Shown here piece after piece: positions 38,133 through 52,935 of a stretch of DNA of 64,000 nt (positions within the stretch are counted from its first letter, which is position 1; every line of letters starts with the position of its first letter). Where the stretch lies: the NCBI GenBank assembly GCA_951406725.2, contig OX597818.1:133796001-133860000 (forward strand), written 5' to 3'. Below the pieces are notes generated by a model. The model worked only from the letters and a program-made list of their open reading frames with translations. It made no database searches and was not told where the DNA came from. A program made the translations under genes and the position numbers. The DNA is from Octopus vulgaris (lineage: Eukaryota).

Positions 38133-40254
38133 ACTGAACCCGGAACCATGTGGTTGGTTAGCAAGCTACTTACCACACAGCCACTCCTGCACCTAATAAC
38201 TTATTTGTTGAAGCAATTATTTTATAAACGGCTGGATGTCCTCAAGAAAACTAGAGTAAGATTATTTTGGTACTTTGCCCAACACAGTGATAGGGGTAAG
38301 ATTTGAACAAACAACTGTCTGACCAGTCATTATGATATTTTACAAATGAAAATAAACTATTGTAGAAAGTTATACTTGGGGATGGCCATCTTTATCCCCA
38401 ACACATGTTTTCACACCAAGAATCTTGCAAAACAAATACGTAGAGACATATTTTTTTGTAAATAGGGTCTTATATCAAGGAATATAGTCATTTGTACAAA
38501 TAAAAACAAAAACTTTCATGAGAGCAATAACAAACAAGTAAGAGTTAAAGGAAAGAACATATAGATTATAGAAGAGCAAGCAACATAAAATACATTTAGG
38601 TTTATAATCTAAATAAATGTTCTTGCATCTTCATTACACAATACATTTTCCTAAAAGACATATGAAAAATTTCTATATCACTAACAGAATGCAATTCTGA
38701 AGAATTCCAGTACTTTGTCAGTTTTCAATTTGTATATGCCACCTAATGCAGAGAAATTGTTTTATCAGGATTTATAATTCAGAAAAAAAAATATATAAAA
38801 ATATAAAATTTAAACAAAATTAAGTTTAAATCTGACTAAAACTGACAGATAAATCTTTTAAGCACTGTTAAGAAGTCAACACTAGGTATAGGTTTAAAAA
38901 TTATATCTTGAAATAGCAATGCATATAAAATACATATTTGGTGAGATATGAATATAAAATAAACATACAATAAATACAAGATATAAATAAATATAACACC
39001 TATAGAATAGAGTGGATAATTAATGCTAAAAGCTAGACTAGTAATTATTAAGGATGGAATAAGAAAAATGTGTTGTAAAAAAAAAAGCTATACCCTAAGG
39101 TATTTCAGAGCTTTTAAGAAGGAATTTGACTACATTTTATCAGTAGAAGTATACACAGTGAATAGTAAAGAAAAAATTTATTCAGCTATACATCTGAAAA
39201 ATGCTTGAATAAAGTTCATGAATTGATAATTTACAAAGCAAGCCATAACACCATTATCTCATGTAATGCTTTAGTTGTGCTGAGTATGTCTTTCAGTTAA
39301 CCCTCTAATAAATTTCAAAGAAGTATCTTTCAGAAAAATACTAACCATTTTTGTTATGATTTTTTTTATATTTTTGTTTTCAATCTCAAAATTATTAAAT
39401 GATCTTAGTTACTTGGAATAAAATCTTTTTAATTATTCTGTCTAAAAATATGTTGTGGAATTCATTTCTTTCGATATTTTTTCTGCTTTTAGTTATATGA
39501 GAATTAGTTTAGTAATGTCTTTTGTACAAGTAAAAAGAAATCAATTAATTTTTTTGTCTTTTGGTGGCAAAGTCAGGTGAGGAAGGGCAGTGCCATAACT
39601 CTTTTCAAGGCCTCATGACTGGTTGGAATAGAGGAGAAAGTTATCCTCTAACCAAAGACCAAACCTGAGGTCATGCAACAGAGTAGACCCCATTAAAAGC
39701 ATCTGAAGGCCTGACATTGTTGTCAAACTGGTTGATGGATTAGGACTACTACAAAGAACAAGCACAGAAAATAGACAGTTTTCATCTACCAAATTTCACC
39801 AACAAGCCTTCAGTTGACACAAGGCTATGGTCAACAACACTTATTTAAGTCCTACACAGTGGTTTCAAACTCAAAGCCTAAATGATTTCAAAGTGAACTT
39901 CTTAACCACACGGCAATGCCTGTTTCCATTGCAGTATCTAACTGTATTTGGTAACATCAAACAATAAACTTGAAGAAAACATTAACAGACAGTGATTGAC
40001 TCAGAACTTTGAATAATAGCTAAAAAAAAATCGTATGTCTATTTGTTAATGCATCTACTCAACTCCTTTGCACACAGGCCAATTTTTTTTATAAGACGTG
40101 AGGAATATTGAATCAACCACTGGTGTGGATTCTGTGACTCTTAAATGATAAAGGGATATATTTTGTGCTTAACAACCTTTAATTTATAGCTTACACAGAG
40201 TGATCTAGCCTTTTGTTTTTTTTAAATATTACAATTCCTTTCATAGATACACAT

Positions 40255-40680
40255 CAAAAAATCAAAAATCAAAATCAAAATCGATCAACATCAATGGAAA
40301 TTGTAGCTGTGATACCAGTGCTGGTGGCACATAAGAGAACCATCCGAATATGGCCATTGCCAGCGCTGCCCCAACTGGCCTCCATGCCGGTGGCACGTAA
40401 AAAGCACCATCCGATCATGGCCGTTGCCAGCCTCGCCTCGCCTCCATGACGGTGGCACGTAAAAAGCACCATCCGATCGTGGCCGTTTGCCAGTGGCACG
40501 TAAAAAGCACCCACTACACTCATGGAGTGGTTGGCATTAGGAAGGGCATCCAGCCGTAGAAACATTGCCATATCAGACTGGGCCTGGTGCAGCCTCCTGG
40601 CTTCCCAGACCGCAGTTGAACCGTCCAACCCATGCCAGCATGGAAAGCGGACGCTAAACGATGATGATGATGATGATGAC
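40255..40680 (+). mobile_element. RTE 3' UTR with (GAT)n tail
   Basis: Same family as 14225-14748; other tails at ~31775-31965(-), 42485-42745(+), 47715-47890(-), 55260-55520(+), 55570-55760(+), 56670-56960(+) and 60720-60900(-). Confidence 0.85.
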
Positions 40681-43483
40681 ATCCTCCCTGTTAATAACCC
40701 AGTCAAGAAATAGGAACTAAATATAAGTTTTGTTATCAATCATACAAAATGGAGCATAGAATCTTATGTATCCTGCACAATACAATGGCTATAATAAGAT
40801 CTGAACTTATGATCATGTGGCAAGTAACTTAATGTTGCAAGGAAGGCATTAAACCCATCTCTCTGTTATTTCTGTTCACTCACTGGCCTCAGTAGGAATT
40901 TAATTGTCAATAAATATTAATAATGCAATAAATTTGATTGCTAGCTATTACAAAATTCATGCTGGTGGGGACAGATTTAGTTTTGTCAAGAATCATGTGA
41001 TTTTAGACAACTCGGTGCTACTTCCAGGTTAAAGAGTTCATACAAAGTGCTGAAGGACAATATCAAACTTGATCCTAGATGATAGCCAGCAAATATAACT
41101 TATCTTCATGGTTTTCTAATTCTCAAAGATAGCCCTTTCTGTTCACGTTTTATCCTGAGGGTATACTAAGTCCAAGATAAACCCATCACCATCATGAAAC
41201 TTCACAGAACACGACAACACTTACAATCAGTCTACAGTTTTCAACATGAAAACTACATAAATTAAGAAAACAACCAACAATCATGATTTCATACGTTACT
41301 GCTGCTATTCAAAACTTAAATAATTATTCTGTTACATAAACCATTCATAACACATTCAGATATGCACCCCTATCAAAATCCTTACAACCAATTGTATCCA
41401 GCAGTTGAAAAGCTTAAATGCTGTCATTGTTGTGCAGTTTCTTGACTTGACTGAGTACTTGAATATCAGACTTGAGTATCTCAGAGACGTCTGATGTTAT
41501 GACATCTAATTTTTTTTTTTTCATAAATAATTACTAAGCAAAATGAAATGCTTTTTTCCTACTTTTCAAATTTTTGCCACTTTGGCAAGTGTTATTTGGA
41601 TATATACTGAGTGAATTTTAGTATATACAAAAAAAATTAGTCGCTTGTAAAGAGAAATTAAATAGAATATGGTATGGCCATAGTTATGTGGTTAGGTACA
41701 GGCAAGGTTATGTGATTAGGATTTTGATTCTCAATCACATGATTTGGGGTCCAGTCTCATTTCAAGGTACTTTGGGCAAATGTCTTCAACTATAGACTAA
41801 TGCCTGATGAGGTAATTTGGAAGTTGTAAACAAAAAGATGCTGTTATATATGTGTGTGTGTGTGCCAGGTTGTGGGCATGCATGTGCATATATGTGCTTG
41901 CATAAATGTTTACATATAGCTACAAATGGTGATGCTACCAGTTGCAGCTCTGCTATAAGCAGTCACATCACTGTTTGTGGTTGGGCTGCAACTGGTAACC
42001 TTTGATGATATTTCCTGTCAACAAATTGTCCACGAACTCTGTTTTGGAATTTCTCAATGACAAGAATATTTTTAATTGAGAAATAGGTAAGGGATCAAAA
42101 CAAGAAGAGCATCCAGCTGTAAGATTCCTTTTTCAATTACCTACTGTTTAAGTCATGCTAGCATGGAAGACAAATGTTAGATGAAAGTGAATGAATGAAT
42201 GATAGCTAAAAGGAGCAAAATAAGTAACATACATGAAAAAAAATAATGAAATAAAGATGTACGTTTGCCTAATCACTAAGTAAAACAATTTTTGAAAATG
42301 GTGGCAATAATAGTTATAAGTAATAAAATATATTCACTTACTGGACCTCATTTTTCAATTGTTTTGTAACATTTTCATTTAATATTTAGTCAGGCAGCCC
42401 TGATTACATGGAATAGTCATACAGAATACATCAAATGTAGCCATTTTCATTATTATTTCTTCCTGAGGAAAAATTATGTCTTACGCCGGTGGCACGTAAA
42501 ATGCACCAATCCGACCGTGGCCATTGCCAGCCTCGCCTGGCACCTGTGCAGGTGGCATGTAAAAAGCACCCACTACACTCACGGAGTGGTTGGCATTAGG
42601 AAGGGCATCCAGCTGTAGAAACATTGCCAGATAAGACTGGAGCCTGGTGCAGCCTTCTGGCTTCCCAGATCCCCGGTCGAACCGTCCAACCCATGCTAGC
42701 ATGGAGAACGGACGTTAAACGATGATGATGATGATGATGATGATGATTCAATTTGATATTTTATTTTAATGGTAGTCTCTCAAATCCAAGAAATTCTTTG
42801 TTTTACATTTAATTCAACATTTTATTGATATTTTATTCTAATGGTAGTCCCTCAAATCCAAGACAGTTTTGCAATTCTACACTGAACAACTAGTACAGGT
42901 GATTTTTTTTATAGTAGTCAAATGTTGGTACTACACATAGGCTCACTGCCCTCGTCAAAGCAAAGTTACCTGTACAGCATACCACACACCAGATGTCAAA
43001 GTGATTGCAAAGCAGCATGAGATGAAATGTTTTGCTTGAGAACACACCGCACCACCCAGTCTGGGAATCAAACCCACAATCTCATGATCATGGGTGCAAC
43101 ACCCTTACTACTAGATTATGTGTTCTCACATTACATCTCATATAATAAATTGCTAAATTAACAGTTAAACTATACTAAGTAGCCAAATGGGTGGAAAAGA
43201 GTTTCAATGAATCAACCTTTAGTGATGGAATTCTTGTAGTTTGGAATTCTGTTACATTTCTTTCCATTTTTTCATTTATTTATTTTGATAGTGTACATTA
43301 GAGGCATTGTGGTACGCATGACATCCCCAGGCAAACTCCTATCTTATAAATAGACTTTACAAATATTCTCTTCTCATTTTACAGTTACCCATCAGGTTTC
43401 ACAATACATTTACAAAAAAAATTCTTTTGCCTCTTCATTATATGCCATATTTTCATCTCGCACTCAAATTCTCTCACTCATCT

Positions 43484-43526
<43 letters not shown>

Positions 43527-43899
43527 ATATACATATTTTTTAAAGATCAATTGTATTGAAAATATTGATTCAGAGGTAAATGGTGCCTTCAAAGTGCAAG
43601 ATATTATAATATTAGTATAAGCTGAGAAGAAAAAGGGAAAAAACCTCTCAGAACAACAAGATTGAACATTCCCAACACATATTTAGCTCTATAAGCTCAC
43701 TTATTAGATAGATATCATTGTGTAAGTTAAGCACAAATTCAATAGCTGGATGAAATAGTGGAATTCTAATAGCCTAACAGCATTTTGAATTATAAGGGAT
43801 TATTTCAATGCTATCGGTGAATCAACATAGTTTGCATTAGTGAATAAAGAGGCTTGTCTGTTTCCTTCACACGTTCAAACACATATATTCATAAATATA

Positions 43900-43919
43900 G
43901 ATGTGTGTATCTATATATA

Positions 43920-43952
<33 letters not shown>

Positions 43953-43970
43953 GGAAACATACACACACAC

Positions 43971-44009
<39 letters not shown>

Positions 44010-44016
44010 CATCATC

Positions 44017-44059
<43 letters not shown>

Positions 44060-44397
44060 TATATATATATATAATATATATATATATGTATATATACATG
44101 TATATACGTATACATGCATTATATATATATATATTTGTATATATGTATATATATATATACACATATACATATATATTGTATACATAAATATATATACACA
44201 CACAAATATATATACATCCATTTATATACATATATACATACATATATATGTACATATATATATATATATATATACATATACATGCATTATATATACACAT
44301 ATATTTGTGTATATATATTTGTATATATATATAAATACTTACATATCTATATATATACATATATATACATGCATATATACAGATATACATATATATG

Positions 44398-44453
<56 letters not shown>

Positions 44454-44820
44454 AACAAAACAAAAAAGGGAACAAGAATGTAACAGGCGACAACAAAACA
44501 TTCAGACAATTAGATGATATAAAAAAGGATCGAAAAAATTCAAGGATGGTTCATACAGTCAAGTACCAGTTTGTCTTTGTAATTTTGTCGAAACACGGAG
44601 TAGACGAAATGGAGGCGGCTGAAGAAGAGGAATTTTCCTTGTGTTGTATGTCTTGTACCTTGTTTTTTCATTGTTTAAAAAAATGTCCGTTTCCATGGTT
44701 CTGTTTTTATGTTTTTGTTTTGTTCGACATTTTTTTGGTGTCCTGTGCCCATATATGCATGTATATATACATATAGATGTAGGCACATACATATATGTAT
44801 GTATATATGCATATGTTTTA

Positions 44821-44870
<50 letters not shown>

Positions 44871-45087
44871 TATATACATATATATATAGACATATATGTA
44901 TATACTCATATGTATATATATATATACATATATATAGACATATGTATATACTCATATATATATATATATATATAGACATATATGTATATACTCATATACA
45001 TATATATACATATACATATATATATGTTCATATATATACATACACACACATATATACATACATATATACATATATATATATAAATAC

Positions 45088-45131
<44 letters not shown>

Positions 45132-45230
45132 CTATATACATATGTAGATAGATAGATAGATAGATACTGCAAAATTTCTGACTCAACACGATACATGCAC
45201 ACACACATTCACACATACACGCACACTAAT
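43900..45230. repeat. Compound microsatellite field with an embedded pLTR-like repeat (44450-44750)
   Basis: Simple repeats; the embedded segment resembles the reverse complement of 2665-2740 and 21826-21850. Confidence 0.85.
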
Positions 45231-48200
45231 ACTCAACAGTACAAATGAGTGCTCAATACCACACTGGTGTACAGAATTTTATCTTTTTTGCAGATTACAA
45301 AGGAACGGGCAAGGATGAGTATTTTCTCACAAGTAAAGAATTAATTAATCAATAGTGAAAGCAATTCATACAGTAATTCCCAGGAGCAGCCAGTCTTGTA
45401 TTCCTGTTATAGCCTGAAGAACAATGATGAAGTGGAACAAGTAATAGATCTTTGGACAGAATGCCTTGTGGTGTTTGTCCCAGCTCTGTGGATCCTGAGT
45501 TCAGATCCTACTATAGCCTACTTGGATGACAATCTTAATCCATTACCCAATTTCACATCAACACCTGGACCATAGGTGCCTTTAGTAGAGTGCATTTTGC
45601 AGCAAGCATTTGGGCCAGATGCCCAGATTGAGGATCTCTTCAACCTTCTCTCCCAACAGTTTCGGAAGCCCTACGCAGAATCATGGACATGACAAATTCA
45701 ATGTGTTGTTGCAGTGAATTCTTCAGCAGCAGCCAACACATGATTCATAGTTTCCTCTTTGCTCTTACCCACCAGTTTTGGAGGCTCTTCAGAAAGGTTA
45801 CAGATAGACATTATTATAATTCCTCCACTGACTAAGCAAAAAAAAGTATATATATATAGAAAGTAAAAAAAAAATGGTCAGAATATAAAGAAAACGTTGC
45901 AAGTGAGAGGTGTGAATTGTTTTGGTCATTCAAGTTCATCACATATGCAAGTCATAGAGTCAACCCATCATTTCCTATCTCAATATTCTCATTTCATAGA
46001 TTGGTTCCACTTCCTCTTCCTCCTCCTCCTCCCACAATTCACACACACACACACACACACACACAAGCATACATGCAAGCACTCACACACATGCTCAATG
46101 ACTGAGGGAGCAAGACATACACCAACTATCTAAGAACGACACTTGAGCTACTAATTTTATCCTCACCAGGGATAATACACTTATGAGATAATGGAATGAA
46201 ATTATTATGCACAATAAAAAGTGATGTGAATACTAACGGCGTAATAGTTCAACTGAACTTAAATAATAAGTTTTCTGTTTCAATATGAAGTGAAAATTTG
46301 AAAAATTTAAGAAAAAACAAAAACATGGTAATAAAAATAAAATCCTAACAAACTGTCTTTTTGAATCAGTGCAAAACAATGCAAGGAGGCTATAGAAAAC
46401 AACAACAACAACAACAACAGAAACCTGTAGAACTAAAATAAATTATAATAACAGCTTTTGATAACAGACATGAAGTCCTACAAGGTAAATAACTGCTGCA
46501 TAGAAATGTATGGAAACTCAAACGAAAATAAGAAAATTTGCTTTCAGGTAGTGTAATAGAATAAAAGCTGAGTGAAAGAGAGTCAATATGCCTTATTAAT
46601 ATATCCACTTCAAATTGTTATTGTTTTTTATTGTTATTGTTGTTGTTGTTGTTATTTACTTTTTTATAACAATATTTTACTTATTTAAAAGAGGGAAATA
46701 AGATGGATGGGGCAGTAGAATGCCACACTAAATTCTTTGCATTGACAAGTTCAAATCCTGCCAAGATATTTTTTTTTTTTAATTTCTCCTTCTAGAAATC
46801 AATCTAAATAAGTTCTACTAAAGTGGTAAAATAGTTTAAAAAATAAAACATTTAATAAAAAATACCATCCCAGCACCCTAATTCTCTTTTTCTAATTTCT
46901 AATGGCTTCATACTTTGTTACAACAATTATACCTTTACAAGAAAGAAAAAAAAAAAGAAGAAATAATAATGATTTCTAACTCAGGTGTAAGGCTGCAGAT
47001 ACTGGAACCTATTGAATCAAGAATTTGACTGGTTCTTTATTTTATCAAAAAAGATGAAAACAAAGTTCAGTTTAGTTGGCTAGAGTGACTTTAGTACATC
47101 ATTGATTCTTCATATTACAACCCCAAAATTATGAAAGGAAAAATTGACATCAGCTGTTTTTTTAACTCAGAATGTAATAACCACAAGACATTTTATCAAT
47201 GGTCTGCAAATTCTGCCAACCAACCACTCTTGCCACTTACATCAATCTCAATACATGACTGGTATTTTATTTTATTGACTCCAGGAGGAAAGATAAAGTT
47301 GACCTTAGCTTCATTTGAACACATAATATAAAGACTTGTACCAGAGATAAGACACATGGATCAATTAACCGGTTAAATTAACCAGCAACTCAATCAATTC
47401 AATCATCAGTAATACCTATATTTTCTACTCTTTACAAATGCTAAATCTACTTAATTCAGATACCCTTTCAACAAAATTACATTACACACAAACATACACA
47501 CTTTTATGATAGGTCTACCTTTATACAAGATTAAAGAGACAATTCATAGAAGGAAAAATTCGATGCATCTGGATGTAGAGTAGAAGATATATTAAATATA
47601 GAGTATCTGATGATTGAACAGAAGTCCTTAAAGAAAAATTATCTGGCTTTAACCTATAAGTTTTAAGACATTTGTACAGTTGTTGTATACCCTGTAATTA
47701 ATAAATCATCCCGATTATCATTTAATGCCCATATTCCATGCTGGCATGGGTTGGATGGTTTGACAAGATGCAGTGGGACCAAGGACTGAATCATACTCCA
47801 GTGTTTGCTTTGGCATGGCTTGATACCCTTCCTAATACCAACCACTTGATATGTACTGGGTGCTTTTTTTTCATGCCACCAGTACTAGTGGAGTCACCAT
47901 GCAGCTTGAAAGACTACAAACCACAAAGGGGCAGCTTTGCACTAGGAGTTAAGGGGTTGAAGTGTGAGAGAAGAAGCCAGATCAGAACAGATTTCTTGCT
48001 GTAGAAGAGCTATATGACTACTCTATTAAGAAGAGAGTGAGAGTGGAGCTGGAAAGAGAAAAAAATAGTAGTGATGAGGAAGTTTAAATAGATCCTCAGG
48101 GTACGAGGTGAGTAAAAGTGAGTGATGACTGAGGAAACATGATAATGGGTGGTGGGGGTTGTAAGAGTGCATAGAGGGGTGAAAACGGGGAAATAGGTGA

Positions 48201-48884
48201 GAAGGGGGGAAGTAGAGTCAGCAGATAGTGTTAAACCAAGTAACAGTTTAAGTCTACTACCTAAGAACTTAACCAACAACAAACTTGAACAAGTACTCTA
48301 AGGCATCATGTCTGATGCTCTAGCAGTTCTACCAAGCCACTACCCTAAACTGGTGCTTTATCTTACCAATTTTGTAAAGATGAAAGGTAAGGCTAACTTC
48401 ATCATGATTTGAATTCAAAGTGCGGAGAGCTTGAGCCAATTCTGTAAGGCATTTTTTCCTACACTCAAACATCTATGCCAGTTAATCTCTTAATGCAATA
48501 AAAGTTTGATACTATTTTACATGTGTAAGGTGGTGGGCTGACAGAATCATTAGAGTACTGAATGAAATCTTTTGCAGTATTTAGTTACATCTTTTTATGT
48601 TTTGGTTTCAAATCTCACTGAGGTCAATTTTGCCTTTCAAATTTTGGTGTCAATAGATTACCAGTCAAGTACTGAAACTGATGGTACCAAATGACATGTT
48701 CCTCTCAAAATTGTTGGCCTTGAGCATAAAAACAATTATTTTAAATGCATAGTTATCAAGCATTAAGAAATGTTTATTAACTAATATGAGGCATTAAAAA
48801 ACATCACAGCCTCTAAATAAAAAAACTAACTTTGTAAATAACAATCTGATACACAGTATATCCTAGAGTAAATATTTCTCAACC

Positions 48885-49695
48885 TCACTTTGTTGGTAAC
48901 TAAGGGCCTCTCCCTCAGAGTGAAAGACAGATTGTATGATGCTTATGTATGTACAGCTATACTACATGGCAGTGAAACATGAGCTGTGACTACAGAGTAC
49001 TTGAGAAGGCTTCAAAGAAACGAAGCTAGCATGCTCCATTGGATGGGTAATGTCACTGTGCACATACAACAGTGTAAATGATTTAAGAGGAAAGTTGGGT
49101 ATAAGGGGCAGTAGATGCTGTGTGCAAAAGAGAAGACTGCACTGGTATGGTCATGTGATGTATATGGATGAGGACAGCTGCTTAAAGAAGTGCCAATATC
49201 ATCTAATTGTGGAGGGAACCAGTGGAAGAGGTAGATCCAGAAAGATGTGGGATGAAGTGATGAGAAAGGATCTTTAGTTTCTGGGCCTCACTGAGGAGAT
49301 AAAAATAGACCAGTGGCAATTTGCTGTACCTGAAAAGACATTTCAAGTTAAGTAAAATCACGGTTACCCATGCATACAGGCATGTCCTTTGTGGCCATGC
49401 CCCTACTCCCTCTCCCAGCTGAGAGGATTTTGTCTGGAAGATGCCTGTGCCACATAAAATGCATTCCTGCCAGTGCCATGTAAAATGCACTCATGCTGGG
49501 GCCACATACAATGGTGGTACATAAAATGCACTGAGTTCATGCTGTAGAGTGGCTGGCATTAGGAATGGCATCCAACCATAGAAACCATGCCAAACAAACA
49601 ATAGGAACCTGGACAGCTCTCTGGCTGGCCAGCTTTTGTTAAACTGTCCGACCCATGCCAGCATAGAAAACGGACGTTAAATAATGATGATGATG
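48885..49695 (+). mobile_element. RTE LINE 3' portion (RT C-terminus, 3' UTR, tail)
   Basis: GLSLRVKDRLYDAYVCTAILHGSET*..RRLHWYGHVMYM..VEGTSGRGRSRKMWDEVMRKDL, then the UTR ending ggacgttaaataatgatgatgat. Confidence 0.88.
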
Positions 49696-52019
49696 TGCCA
49701 AGTATGATTTTTCCTTCCATCCTTTCATGGTCAATAAAATAAGTATCAGTTGAACACTTAGGTCAATGTCCTTGACTAACCACCTCCTTCAAAATTTCAG
49801 GCCTTGTGCCAATAGCAGAAAAGATTATTCACAGCAAACAGAAACTCAGTATTTCAGGAAGGTGTTTTGTTTTTGTTTTATCCAAATATCCTCTCAGGAT
49901 ACTTACCTCAATAGCATAAAAAAAATGAAAATAACATTAAATATCCCATATAATTTCACTAGATCAGAAGCTATAGCTATAAGTAGATGATCAATATACT
50001 TATTCCAAACAAAATCAAAACTGACATAGATTTCTTTGTAAACAGCAAAAAATAAAAGAAAAATTTCCAATCAACCTACATTCTGAAATTATTCCAGTGA
50101 AATGCAGAACTGCATCATTCTATGTCTGATAGGGTGTTTCTCATCTCTATACATAAGACTGAGCTTTTGTAGATCAAGTCAAAAACATTCTAGTTGAATC
50201 AAGGCATCAAGTAAATTACTTACTAAAGCTATACATATATTTAATCTATGGTTATTACATAGAGTTTTTTTTAAATATTTTTTTAATATTACTTTACACA
50301 TGATAGACAGATAAGAGACCTTCCTCCAACTCATTTTAGTGTTTGCTTTCCATGTGATCTATAACTCGTGTGTATACATCTATGTATATATATATACATA
50401 TATATATATATACACACAAAACACATACATGTATACACACACATACACACACACACAAACACACACACGGTAATATTTGCTGCTTTGTTTAATACCTTGA
50501 TAGAGTTTAGCTTGGATTTGTTTTGTCAATATTTTGCATTATGGTGGCTGAGTGCTATTTTTTACTGTGCTATGATGTGAGTTCAGTTTCTTACAAATGT
50601 GTGTAATTGCTTTTGAAAAGTATTTTACACATAGATTTTACTGGAACAGATTATGATCATTTAGGGATATGCTATCATCTGTAAAATAGATTTAGAGGTG
50701 ACTTTTATTGAAACAGACAATGACTGATCAATGGTACAATAGGATATTTAAACACAATAGTTTTATCAAAATTTTAAATGTAAAAATATTAAAGTTATTA
50801 ATGAAGCTAAATTTAAAATTAAAATGTAATTTAATTTAAAATACAAGATTCCAAAATTAAATTTAAATTAACAAGCCTAACTCTGCACACATACTTTCCT
50901 CTTCCAACTGACACCAACTTAACCAAACCCTGACAGACATGAATTAACTGGAACTAATAATATATACAAGCATTGATTGAAGCCAATACTACAGGTGTAA
51001 ATAAAATTTAATTAACTACACAGGCCAGTTGTAAACAACTGTCTTTATAGACAATATAATCATTTACAAAGGTCTGTCCTCTATCTTACTTACCAAAATT
51101 TTAGTGTTTGCTAGGTTTACTTTCAGGCCTCTTATTTTCAAATTTTGCTTCCTTGCCTAGAATTTCATCACTAAATCACCCTTACTTCTATAATAAAAAT
51201 TCTGTTTTAAAGTGACCAAAACTAAAATTTCCCATCAAAATTCCATGTTAATTCATGTCCGAGACACAGCTCAATAACGATTTTACTAAATTTTATATTA
51301 CTTTCAAAATTAATTGAAACAAAGGCAATCCATGCTGACAGAAACATGGTAACGAAAGGGTTAAGAAGTCAATAAAATAAAGTACTAGTCCAGGATAATA
51401 AATCAATAGAATTATTAGAGCATTGGATGAGATGCCCTTTGGTATTTGGGTCTACCATTTGCATTCTGAGATGTTATGTGATTTATTTAATCTGTCATTG
51501 TTTATTTAATCTGTCATTGATTCATTTAATCTGTCATTGTTTAACACTATCACCTTATTCTTGGATGCTTTTGGCAGAGTTAACCATGTTGCAAACATTT
51601 AGATCAAGTCTTGAGAGTAAGAAAGCAGCTTCTGTAATTTAGCAGACTTTGTTTAAAGGACCATATGTTCTTCATCAATAACATTGAACTATTCTGATAT
51701 ATTGGTAAAAGACATACACATACACATGACACATTTCCACACAGTTTCTTTCTACCAAATTCCAGTCTGTGTATTGATCAACCCAAGGCTGTGGTAGCCA
51801 AAGGTTCTGCTCAGTGTAAGTGAACCCAGAACCATATGGCTGCAGAGCAAATTTCTTAACCACACAACCATGCTTATGAGTTTTGTCAGCAGCCAGTAAA
51901 TGATGAAGGCTGAATTGCACATTTGAGTAAAATCCTTCACAAGTGGATCCATGAGTGAGAGTACATAAGTAATTGTAACTGCAAATGAAATGTACAAGTG
52001 AGATGTGGTACTCAAAAAA

Positions 52020-52935
52020 TCTAGGACAGTGCCTCCAAATAAGAACTGATCTGCACCTGTAACAATCAATCATTGCACCTGTAACAATATGCACCTGTAA
52101 CAATCAAGCATTGAAAACGGATATGAAATAATTATCATTACGATGATTAAAGGCAATGAGCTGGCAGACTTGTTGGCATGCCAAATAAGATGCTTAGATG
52201 CACAGTACCTCCAAATAAGAACTGGCCGGGCTAGTAACAGTCTATCAAACCTATGCTAGCATGGAAAACAGATATGAAATGATTATCCTCATGATGATTA
52301 AAGGCAATGAGCTGGCAGAATCATTGGCATGCCAAATAAGATGCTTTGAAGCACAGTACCTCCAAATAAGAACTGGCCAGGACCAGTGACAGTCTATCAA
52401 ACTTATGCTAGCATAGAAAATGGATATAAAATTATTATTATTATTATGATTAAAGGCAGCGAGCTGGCAGAATTGTTGGCATGCTGAATGAAATGCTTAG
52501 AAGGATTTCTTTCAGTTTTACATCTTAAGTTCAAATTCTGCCAAGGCTGATTTTGCTTTCATCCTACTTTTTGGGAGGAGGTGGAGTCAATAAAATAAGT
52601 ACTAGCTGAGTACTAAAGTTGTTGTAATCAACTAGGCCCCTTCTCCAAAATTTCTGGTTGTGTGCCAAAATTTTAAATTATTATTATCATTATTATCGTT
52701 GTTATTGTTATTATTATGAAGGCAGTGAAGTGACAGAATCTTTAGCATGCCAGGCAAAATGCTTAGCGGCATTTTGTCCATTTTTACATTCTGAGTTCAA
52801 ATTCCACAAAGGTCAACTTTGCCTTTCATCATTTCAGGGTCAATAAAATAAGTAGCAGTTGTACACTGGGGGCGATGCAATTGACTAGCCCCTTCCTCCA
52901 AAATTTCAGGTTTTGTACCTATAGTAGAAAATATA
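52020..52935 (+). repeat. ~151-bp tandem chimeric units (RTE tail + SINE head) followed by two Meta-type SINEs
   Basis: ggca(a/g)(t/c)gagctggcag at 52152, 52303 and 52455; cctccaaataagaactg three times. Confidence 0.8.

Noticed and set aside
42342-42462. Minus-strand exon candidate (ttttcctcAG ... GTAAGT)
   Set aside because: Stops in the frames examined and no recognisable protein; could be a UTR exon but unsupported.
45560-45800. Moderately GC-rich stretch with short protein-like readings
   Set aside because: No sustained ORF or recognisable motif.
51484-51543. Short tandem repeats (19 bp x3 here; 14 bp x3 at ~60845-60881; ~68-bp duplication at 42750-42870)
   Set aside because: Ordinary local slippage duplications with no sign of function.
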